NCBI GenBank assembly: GCA_965250285.1
Contig: OZ252299.1
Span: 2,624,001-2,688,000, forward strand
Length of the DNA: 64,000 nucleotides
Source of the DNA: Myxococcota bacterium
GTDB lineage: Bacteria; Myxococcota_A; UBA9160; UBA4427
Reading direction: 5' to 3'
The translations under genes and the position numbers were made by a program. The notes under the pieces were generated by a model. It made no database searches. It was not told where the DNA came from and saw only the letters and a program-made list of their open reading frames with translations. The first letter of the stretch is position 1, and each line of letters opens with the position of its first letter. Of this stretch, positions 56,527 to 64,000 are shown one piece after another.

Positions 56527-58008
56527 TCAGCTGCCGGGGGCGTCGGGCGTGGGCTCGGCCTCGGCCGGCGTGGCGGCGGGCTCGGCCTCGATCACCTCGG
56601 TGTCGACCGACGCGGTCACCGTGGGCGGTCGCCGCGCGCGCAGCCCTTCGAAGTAGCGCCAGCTCTTCAAGACCTCGATGGCGCGGTCGAGCACGACGTC
56701 GGGCTCCGCCTCTTCGACCTCGACCTCTTCGACGGCGACGCTGTCGTCGACCTCGTCGACCTCGATGGCCGCGCCGGCTTCGGCGCCCGGATCGGCATCG
56801 GCATGCGTGAGATGGCCGAGCAGGTCGCGCTCGCGCACGCGCATGCGGCGCTCCTCTTCGACCGACGCGAGCACCGCCAGCGCGATGTCGGGGTCGATGC
56901 CGACCTCCTGAATCGAGCGGCCGGACGGCGTGTAGTAGAGCGCCGTGGTGAGCCGAAGCGCAGCACCGGCTTCGAGCGGATAGACCGTCTGCACCGAGCC
57001 CTTGCCGAACGTCGCGTGGCCCAGCACGAGGGCGCGATCGTGATCCTGGAGCGCGCCCGCGACGATCTCGGACGCGCTCGCGCTGCCGGCGTTCACCAGA
57101 ACGACGATCGGGTAGTCGGGCTCGACGCCCTCGGCGTGCGCCATGAAATCCTGTCGCTCGTCGTCGCTGCGGCCCTGCGTGTAGACGATGAGCCCCTCGC
57201 CGAGCCAGTGATCGGCCACGCTCACCGCCTGGGTCAGCAGACCACCCGGGTTGTCGCGCAGATCGAGGACGAGCCCCTGGATGCCGTCGGGGTTCTCGGC
57301 GTGCAGGACGACGAGCCCCTCACCGACCTCCTCGCCGGTGCGCTCCTGGAAGCTGCGGATGCGCAAATGCGCATAGCCGGGCTCGACGGTCTCGGCGACG
57401 ACCGAAGCCATCTGCACGACGTCGCGCTTGATCGTGAACGGGCGCGGCTCTTCGAAGCCGTCGCGGAAGACGTGAATCGTGATCTCGGTGCCCTTGCGGC
57501 CGCGCATCAGCCGCACCGCCTCGACGAGCGTCATCGGCTGGGTGTTTCGACAGGTCTCGCCCTCTTCCCAGTCTTCGGGAACCTCGGTCGGACAGATCTC
57601 GGTGATCTGATCCTGGGCCTCGATCCCCGCGCGAAACGCCGGCGTGCCCTCGATCGGCGAGACGACGAGAATGAAGCGCCCAGGCCCCTTGGTGATCTCG
57701 ATGCCGAGGCCGTGGAACTCGCCGGTCGTGTCGACCTGCATCTCCTCGTAGGCATCGCTCGACATGTACGCCGAGTGCGGATCGAGCGAGCGCAGCAGCC
57801 CCTGCATGGCGCTCTCCATCAGCAGGTGCTCGTCGACCGGCTCGACGTAGTTGCGGCGTACGAGGTCGAGCACGTTCGCGAAGAGGCTCAGATCCTGGTA
57901 GCGCGACGCCGCCCAGCCGGCGCTGCCCGCGACCAGCGCGCCGACGCAGAGCGTGGCGACGACGCCGCCGACGAACGCGACGATGGGATGAGGGGTGGTT
58001 CGCTTCAT
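56527..58008 (-). CDS. ctpA: S41 family C-terminal processing protease
   Basis: LDPHS, GLGIEI (PDZ), LDLRDNPGG, SASASEIVAGALQD, FGKGSVQ. Confidence 0.93.
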   Translation of the reverse strand: MKRTTPHPIVAFVGGVVATLCVGALVAGSAGWAASRYQDLSLFANVLDLVRRNYVEPVDEHLLMESAMQGLLRSLDPHSAYMSSDAYEEMQVDTTGEFHGLGIEITKGPGRFILVVSPIEGTPAFRAGIEAQDQITEICPTEVPEDWEEGETCRNTQPMTLVEAVRLMRGRKGTEITIHVFRDGFEEPRPFTIKRDVVQMASVVAETVEPGYAHLRIRSFQERTGEEVGEGLVVLHAENPDGIQGLVLDLRDNPGGLLTQAVSVADHWLGEGLIVYTQGRSDDERQDFMAHAEGVEPDYPIVVLVNAGSASASEIVAGALQDHDRALVLGHATFGKGSVQTVYPLEAGAALRLTTALYYTPSGRSIQEVGIDPDIALAVLASVEEERRMRVRERDLLGHLTHADADPGAEAGAAIEVDEVDDSVAVEEVEVEEAEPDVVLDRAIEVLKSWRYFEGLRARRPPTVTASVDTEVIEAEPAATPAEAEPTPDAPGS

Positions 58009-58209
58009 TCGATCTCCGGAGTCTCGGGTCGCTGTGCGAACGACCCGACTCGCCATGGGGCCCGCGGCGCGCAGGCGTGAAGACGTCTTCGGCGCGGACC
58101 GCGCGGGAGGTTAGCGGTCCGCGCGGCGCCGCGACGCACCGGGTCACCGCATGGGGACTGAGACGCCGCTCCGCCGCCCGAGGTGCCCCCGCCCGGCCAT
58201 TCGGCGGGG

Positions 58210-59412
58210 TCAGCCGCGCCCGCGCTCGCCGAACCAGCCCTCGGGATCGAGGGGCTCGCCGCTCGCGCGCAGCTCGAAGTAGAGGCTCGGGCCCGAGAGC
58301 GAGCCCGTCTCGCCGACCGTGCCGAGCGTGTCGCCGCGCTTCACGAGGTCGCCGGCCTCGACGAAGATCTCGTCGAGATGGCCCGATACGCTGAAGTAGC
58401 CCTCGCCGTGGTCGACGATCACGATTCGGCCGTAGCCACGAAACCAGCCGGCAAAGCGCACGGCGCCCGGGGCGACGCTCGTGACCGAATCGCCGGCGGG
58501 CGCCCCGAACTCGACCCCCTTGCGGAACGTCTCGGTGCCGAACTCCTCGTCGATCACCCGCCCGAACGGTGCGACGATGCGGGCGGGCACGGGCCGCGGC
58601 AGCGAGCCGGCCAGAGCCGCGAAGCCGGTTCCTTCGAAGCCCTCGCCGCTGCGCGCGCTGAGCGTCTCGAGCTTCTCCTCGAGGGCCCTTGCCGCGCGCT
58701 CGAGCTCGACGAGCAGCTCGCGCTCGCGGGTGCGGTCGGTGCGGGCGCGCGTGAGCAGCTCGGCCTTCACGACGCGCTCGGCCTCGAGACCGCGCTCGCG
58801 TTCGGCGAGCTCGGCCAGCGCCTGCTCGCGCGCGATCTGCGCCTCGCGCGCCACGCGAGCCACGGTTTCGAGCTCGGCGAGATCCTGGTCGTAGCGGCCG
58901 ACGAGATCGGCGTCGTAGTCGAGCAGGCGCCGCAGGCTGCTGGCGCGAACGAGCAGATCCTGCACGGACGCGCTCGAGAAGAGCACGCGCACGGGGCCCA
59001 TCTCGCCGGCCTTGTACAGCGCGACGGCGCGCACGCGCATGGCGGCTCGGGTGCGTGCGAGGCGCGCCGACGCCGCCTCGACCTCGGGCTCGATCTCGTC
59101 GAGGGCCTGGCGCGCGGCCGCCGCCTTGCGCCGCGCGCTCCGCACGTCGTTTCGCAGTCGCGTCGACGCCTGATCGATGCCCTCGAGCACCTCGAGCAGG
59201 TCGCGTTCGCTCCGCTCGAACTCGCCGACGCGCTCGCGACTCGACTCGATCGCCTCGCGTAGGGCCTCGAGCTCGGAGGCGGTCTGGCTCTGTTCGTCCT
59301 GCGCGCTCGCTTCGCCGATGGCGGCGAGGCTGAAGACGAGCACGGCGAGCAGCCGCGGCATCCTGCTCCAGACCGGCCGGCGCGATCGACGGGCCGGGCG
59401 GCAACGGCGCAT
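58210..59412 (-). CDS. envC: Murein hydrolase activator EnvC (coiled coil + M23)
   Basis: Signal peptide, long coiled coil, degenerate M23 (RKGVEF...GYGRIVIVDHG...LYFELR); follows ftsX. Start may be 59361. Confidence 0.88.
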   Translation of the reverse strand: MRRCRPARRSRRPVWSRMPRLLAVLVFSLAAIGEASAQDEQSQTASELEALREAIESSRERVGEFERSERDLLEVLEGIDQASTRLRNDVRSARRKAAAARQALDEIEPEVEAASARLARTRAAMRVRAVALYKAGEMGPVRVLFSSASVQDLLVRASSLRRLLDYDADLVGRYDQDLAELETVARVAREAQIAREQALAELAERERGLEAERVVKAELLTRARTDRTRERELLVELERAARALEEKLETLSARSGEGFEGTGFAALAGSLPRPVPARIVAPFGRVIDEEFGTETFRKGVEFGAPAGDSVTSVAPGAVRFAGWFRGYGRIVIVDHGEGYFSVSGHLDEIFVEAGDLVKRGDTLGTVGETGSLSGPSLYFELRASGEPLDPEGWFGERGRG

Positions 59413-60311
59413 CAGCTCCGCTCTCCGACGAGCGCGGCGAACGACCCGAGCAGCCCCAACCCGGCGCCCCCGATGATCAGGCGGACGATCTCGCCGCCGT
59501 CGAGGAAGCGCGGCGCCGCGTTGCCGAGGAAGAACACGAGCCCGTCGCGCAGCTGGGGCACGAAGAGCTGGAACCCGATCGCCAGGAGTCCGACGGCGAC
59601 CATCCCGCCGACGGCGCCCTGCAGCGTGCCCTCGAGCAGGAAGGGCACGCGCACGTACGTGCGGCTCGCGCCGACCAGCGCCAGGATGTCGAGCTCGTCG
59701 CCGCGCGCGTAGACCGCGAGCCGGATCGTGTTCATCACGATGAGCAGCGTCGCGAGCACGAGCACGGCCCCGAGCAGGGTCGCGCCGCCCCGCGCGACGC
59801 GGGCCGCGCGGGCGTAGCCCTCGATCCACTCCTGGCCGTGCGCCACCTCGGCGACGCCGTCGAGGGCGAGCAGCTCGGTCTCGAGGCTGCGCAGTCCCGA
59901 CTCGGTGCGTCGGTCGATCTCGAGCACGACCTCGAGCGACGCCGGCAGCGGGTTCTCTTCGAGGCCGGCGATCAGCGCCGCCCCGCCCTGCATGCGCTCG
60001 AAGCGCGCGAGCGCCGCCTCTTCGTCGACGAGATCGACCTGCTCGACGCCCGGCAAGCCGGCGGCCTGGCTGGCCAGCGACCTCTGGCGTGCCCCGCCGA
60101 GCTCGGCGTCGAGATACGCCGTGACCTTGAGGTCGCGGCCGAAGTCGTCGAGCAGCCCCTGCATGTTGCCGACCAGCAGCCCGAATGCGCCGACGAGCAC
60201 GAGCGCGATCGCGATGGTCAGCGTCGCGATGGCGGTGGTCACGGGGCTCGTCTGCAGGCCGCGCACGGCCGAGCGCATCAGCAGGTAGACGATGACGCCG
60301 ACCCGGTTCAT
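59412..60311 (-). CDS. ftsX: Cell division permease FtsX
   Basis: ENPLPAS, NTIRLAV...LVGA...PFLLEG. Confidence 0.93.
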   Translation of the reverse strand: MNRVGVIVYLLMRSAVRGLQTSPVTTAIATLTIAIALVLVGAFGLLVGNMQGLLDDFGRDLKVTAYLDAELGGARQRSLASQAAGLPGVEQVDLVDEEAALARFERMQGGAALIAGLEENPLPASLEVVLEIDRRTESGLRSLETELLALDGVAEVAHGQEWIEGYARAARVARGGATLLGAVLVLATLLIVMNTIRLAVYARGDELDILALVGASRTYVRVPFLLEGTLQGAVGGMVAVGLLAIGFQLFVPQLRDGLVFFLGNAAPRFLDGGEIVRLIIGGAGLGLLGSFAALVGERS

Positions 60312-61042
60312 CCGTAGACCCCGGCGGCGGGCGTATCTTCGACGAGGCGCCCGGCCTCGAGGCGCAGGGTGCGCTTGCGGTAGCGGTCGATCAGCGAGTG
60401 GTCGTGGGTCGCGACGATGACCGTCGTGCCCCGGGTCGCCGCAGCCGCGATCAGATCCATGATCTCGAGGGTGAGCTCGGGATCGAGATTGCCGGTGGGC
60501 TCGTCGGCGAGCAGGATCTCGGGCTCGGCGACGAGGGCGCGGGCGATGGCCACGCGCTGCTGTTCGCCGCCCGAGAGCGACATCGGGTGATGAAACCGCC
60601 GCTGTTGCAGGCCGACCTGCTTGAGCATGCCGAAGACCCGCGAGCGTGCTTCTCGTCGCGACGTCCCGACGACGTCGAGCGACATGCTCACGTTCTCCTC
60701 GACCGTCCGGCCCTGGAGCAGCTTGAAATCCTGGAACACGACGCCGACCCGGCGGCGCAGCGCGGGGATCGCCGCCTCGCGCAGGCGCGCGATGTTGCGA
60801 CCGAGAACGAGGATCTGGCCTTCGGTCGGTCGCTCGGCGGCGAAGAGCAGCTCGAGCAGCGTCGTCTTGCCCGCGCCCGACGAGCCGGTCAGGAACACGA
60901 GCTCGCCGCGATCGATCTCGAGGGAGACGTCCTTGAGCGCCCAGGTGCCGGCGAGGTAGCTCTTCGAGACGTGATACATGCGCACGGGGCTCTCGCCGCG
61001 TGCGTCGAAGACCGAGCCGGTCGAATCGGTCCGAGGGCTCAC
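60308..61042 (-). CDS. ftsE: Cell division ATP-binding protein FtsE
   Basis: GSSGAGKTT, VFQDFKLL, LSGGEQQRVAIARA, ADEPTGNLD. Start uncertain (GTG 61042 or ATG 60979). Confidence 0.95.
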   Translation of the reverse strand: MSPRTDSTGSVFDARGESPVRMYHVSKSYLAGTWALKDVSLEIDRGELVFLTGSSGAGKTTLLELLFAAERPTEGQILVLGRNIARLREAAIPALRRRVGVVFQDFKLLQGRTVEENVSMSLDVVGTSRREARSRVFGMLKQVGLQQRRFHHPMSLSGGEQQRVAIARALVAEPEILLADEPTGNLDPELTLEIMDLIAAAATRGTTVIVATHDHSLIDRYRKRTLRLEAGRLVEDTPAAGVYG

Positions 61043-61073
61043 CGGGAGGAGCCTCGCGTCGGGGGCCTCGGGC

Positions 61074-61628
61074 TCACTTGGAAGAACGTTTTCGCTTGCG
61101 CGCGTTCTCCACCAGGAAATCGAGGACCACTTCGTCGAGGGGCTTGTTGCTGACGACACCCTTGCCGAACGCCTTGCTCAGCCGCTCCTGCGTCGACTCG
61201 TTCGGATCGGCCGGAGCGGGGCTCGGGGCCGGCGCTTCGGTCGCGGTCGGCCGGGTCTTGCGCGCCGACTCCGCCGCGGCTGCGGCGTCCTCGGGCGCGA
61301 CCACCTCGGCGTCGTCCGTCACGTCCGCCACGGTCTCCGCGAACACCTCCGGCCCGAGGCGCTGCCGGATCGTGTCGTCGAAGCCGCCCTTACTCAGCTG
61401 CTTGAGCATCGACTTGTGCTGGCCCTCCATGAGAGCCTTCACTTCGATCTCGAGCGCATCGTCGTCGAGGTGGAGCTTGTCACCGTACGCACCCTTCACC
61501 GACGTCATGATGTTGCCGCCGTGGAACAGATGCGTGATGACGTGCGGGTTCTCCCGCCCACTGTCCTCGGTCTGGACGTGGAAGAGCACCCCTCGATAGC
61601 GGAAGTTCGTGTTGAACCCGGAAAGCAT
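61074..61628 (-). CDS. Conserved myxobacterial-type protein, possibly RomY-like
   Basis: Globular N-terminus GFNTN...FHVQTEDSG...HLF.GG, low-complexity linker, short C-terminal motif KPLDEVVLDFL; directly upstream of ftsEX. The RomY link is from recall only. Confidence 0.5.
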   Translation of the reverse strand: MLSGFNTNFRYRGVLFHVQTEDSGRENPHVITHLFHGGNIMTSVKGAYGDKLHLDDDALEIEVKALMEGQHKSMLKQLSKGGFDDTIRQRLGPEVFAETVADVTDDAEVVAPEDAAAAAESARKTRPTATEAPAPSPAPADPNESTQERLSKAFGKGVVSNKPLDEVVLDFLVENARKRKRSSK

Positions 61629-61948
61629 CCCGAGCTTTTTCCCCCAGACGTGGCCGGACTTTGCGCGACTTCTTGCCGGATCCCGGCCCTCGATCGCGCG
61701 TGATTCTATGGCAAACCCGCCCGCGCGCACGGCGACTTCGGCGCCCGAAGGCCGAACGCGTCGGATCTCGTCGGGTATCGGGTGATTCAGATCGCATCTG
61801 TAGGGCGCAACGAAGACGCGCCGACGCGCCGAAGCAGCCCCCCTTCCCTCCCGCGGGGCCAGCGCCTCGGCGTGTGGAGGCGGCGCGCCACGCGCACCGC
61901 CTCCCGCCGAGCGGCGCCGGGGGACGAGGAGCGCCGGTCGGCGTCACG

Positions 61949-62716
61949 TCAGCGCACGCCGCGAAAGCCGGTCCGGCGGAGCGCCGCGTGGGCCCGCCCG
62001 CGCCGCACCCGCGCCATCGTGAAGAGCCCCGCGAACGCGAGGAGCCCCGTCCCGGGCTCGGGCACGAGGAAGGGCGCGACCCCGGGCGTGGGCACCGACT
62101 CGACGACGAAGTCGAGGGCGTTGTCGTCCGTGTCGACGTCGGCAAAGAGGCGAGCCAGGCTCGAGCCCGCCGGCGGATCGATCGCCGCCAGGCCCTCGCC
62201 CGCGAACACCTCGTCGGGGTCGAAGTCGCCGTAGCCGACCGCATCGAGCACGCCGAATTCGTCAGAAAGAACAATCGAGTCGGGGCCATTCTGGAAGTCG
62301 AAGTTGAGGAAGAGATCCGCCTCGGCGACCTCGCTCTCGCCCGCACTCGTCTGGTCGGCCACGACGAAGAGCCCGTCGGCTCCGAAGAAGCCGGTCAGCA
62401 CGAGGGTCGGGCCGGCCGCGCCGTTCGATCCGTTGATGCCCGTCAGCACGAGACCGTCGACCGGCGCGCCGGCGTCGCCGGACAGCTCGACGAAGGACTG
62501 GCCGTCGTCGCTCCCGACCGCGTCGTAGAAGACCTCGCTGATGAGCGGCAGGGCCGTCGCCGCGGGGGCCACGCCGAGCGAGGCCACGAGCGCGAGGAGC
62601 AGCGGTGGGATCGCGCGTCCGCGGCGCCGGCGGGCCGGCGCGGTTCGGCGCTGCATGGCGCGGGCCGGCGCCGAAACCGGCAGCGGGGTGCGGAGCATTC
62701 GGAGTCGCAGGGTCAT
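61949..62716 (-). CDS. Lamin-tail-domain protein with PEP-CTERM sorting signal
   Basis: Signal peptide, LISEVFYD...FVEL (LTD-like), C-terminal VPEP + TM + RVRRGR; ATGA overlap with the upstream gene. Confidence 0.82.
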   Translation of the reverse strand: MTLRLRMLRTPLPVSAPARAMQRRTAPARRRRGRAIPPLLLALVASLGVAPAATALPLISEVFYDAVGSDDGQSFVELSGDAGAPVDGLVLTGINGSNGAAGPTLVLTGFFGADGLFVVADQTSAGESEVAEADLFLNFDFQNGPDSIVLSDEFGVLDAVGYGDFDPDEVFAGEGLAAIDPPAGSSLARLFADVDTDDNALDFVVESVPTPGVAPFLVPEPGTGLLAFAGLFTMARVRRGRAHAALRRTGFRGVR

Positions 62717-64000
62717 GAGTCGTCTCTCCCAGCATGGGTCGGGACCGGGGTCGCGGGGTGATGGATCGGAATCGCGCGCGGCTCGGCCGGCCGCATCGGC
62801 GCGCCGCGCCAGGCGGCGCGCGCGGCGGCCGGCAGCTCGACGTGGCTGCTGAACCAGCCGCCCGTCCAGGCATCGAGACCAGCCGCCAGCTCGAGCGCCC
62901 GGAGTCGCAGCGAGGCCGCTTCGGGGTCGGACCAGTCCGCGTAGGCCGACAGCGCCCGCAGCGCTCGTTGGCGGTCGAAGTAGAGCTGGTTGATCTCGTC
63001 GAGGACGTTGTCGCGCAGGCCGATCACCTGCCGAGCCTCGCGTGAGAGGTCGACCGCCTCGGGCGAATACGCGAGGTCGGCGAAATCCCAGGAGAGCGCA
63101 ATGCGGGCGTCGTAGCCGGTGCTGCGGTCCCAGTTGCGGTCGTTCAGGCGGTTCAGCTGCCCGTAGCTGAAGCTCTCGTCGTAGTCGCGGGTCTGCCCGC
63201 TGCCGTAGTCGACGCCCCCGTGCAGCGTCACGCTCGGCAGCCAGCCGCGCCGCCGGAGCCCGCGCCAGAGGCGATCGATCTCGCGCGGCTCGAGGCCGAG
63301 GCGCTCGAGCGTCCGTCGGTGCACGCGCGCCAGCTCGGGATCGCGCGGCATGCGGTCGGACGTCGCGCGCACGCGCTCGGTGTACGGGGCCGGTTCGCCG
63401 CGAAGCAGCTCGGCCGCCGACGCCGCCAGCACGCGGTCGCCCGCCGCCGCGACCGCGACGGTCGGACGCCCCCCGGCCGGGGCGGTCACGCGTTCGAAGC
63501 GCGCTCGCCTCTCGCTCCCCGCCAGCACGCCGGCCGTCGAAGCGAGCCATGTGCGGCCGTCGACGCGGACGACGCCCGTCAGCTCGGCCTCTGGCGGAAG
63601 AACCGGAAAGACGATCTCCCAGCGCGCTGCATCGTCGACCGCAGCCGCCAGCGGGGGCCCGACCGGTCGCGCAATCGCGCGCCGGTACAGCACCCGAACA
63701 TCGCTGCCGGGCCCCGGTGCGATCACGCGCAGAACCGGCTCGCTGATGGGGCGTCCCGGGATCCGCTGCCGCCGGGCGGGCGACGCGACGATCCCGGCCC
63801 CTTCGAGGTCGAGCCAGACGATGTGGAGTGCGCCGTCGACGACGACCCAGAGCGGCCGGCCGCTCGCCTGCGAGCGGGGACCGAACGCGACATCGGTCAC
63901 CCGCCCCGGGGCGAGGCCGTCGTGAACGCGCAGCCAGTCGCGGCCGTCCTGCCACTCGGTCGACTCGGGGACGGCCCCGATCGTGCGCGCCACGAAGAGC
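62713..64000 (-). CDS. Hypothetical protein (beta-propeller-like N-terminal part, TolC-like helical/beta C-terminal part), 5' end outside the window
   Basis: Open frame to the window edge; C-terminus WLPSVTL...ALSWDF...LDEINQLYFDRQR...LDAWTGGWF. Confidence 0.6.
   Translation of the reverse strand, partial: LFVARTIGAVPESTEWQDGRDWLRVHDGLAPGRVTDVAFGPRSQASGRPLWVVVDGALHIVWLDLEGAGIVASPARRQRIPGRPISEPVLRVIAPGPGSDVRVLYRRAIARPVGPPLAAAVDDAARWEIVFPVLPPEAELTGVVRVDGRTWLASTAGVLAGSERRARFERVTAPAGGRPTVAVAAAGDRVLAASAAELLRGEPAPYTERVRATSDRMPRDPELARVHRRTLERLGLEPREIDRLWRGLRRRGWLPSVTLHGGVDYGSGQTRDYDESFSYGQLNRLNDRNWDRSTGYDARIALSWDFADLAYSPEAVDLSREARQVIGLRDNVLDEINQLYFDRQRALRALSAYADWSDPEAASLRLRALELAAGLDAWTGGWFSSHVELPAAARAAWRGAPMRPAEPRAIPIHHPATPVPTHAGRDDS

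Overview
This is a GC-rich (roughly 70% by eye), gene-dense bacterial chromosome segment. It is probably from a Myxococcota-like organism, inferred from the bactofilin, standalone MshEN protein, FHA-DUF4388 protein, RomY-like gene before ftsEX and a PEP-CTERM protein. It is almost all housekeeping and envelope genes: RND efflux with a TetR regulator, smpB, panBCD, rsmA-tsaD-dksA, tolQRAB-cpoB (no pal), pepA, an RpoH-family sigma factor, moaB and a moaD-moaE fusion, holB-metG-tatD-suhB, a Gld-like ABC system, oppABCDF, cysC, iscA-iscS, xseAB-ispA-dxs-tlyA and ftsEX-envC-ctpA. I found no integrase, transposase, CRISPR array, rRNA or tRNA. The most striking unexplained element is an apparently non-coding minus-strand unit of about 400 nt (8935-9342) directly upstream of panBCD. 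It has a near-consensus sigma-70 promoter, several hairpins, a 190-nt long-range rod with an alternative pairing, and an intrinsic terminator, with no -10 element between the terminator and panB. It is a candidate novel attenuator/riboswitch or structured ncRNA. Other oddities are a sensor kinase with no recognisable H-box, phased intergenic repeats, a 15-bp inverted repeat between tolQ and pepA, and several repeat-bearing proteins. All calls come from reading motifs by eye; no database search was run.
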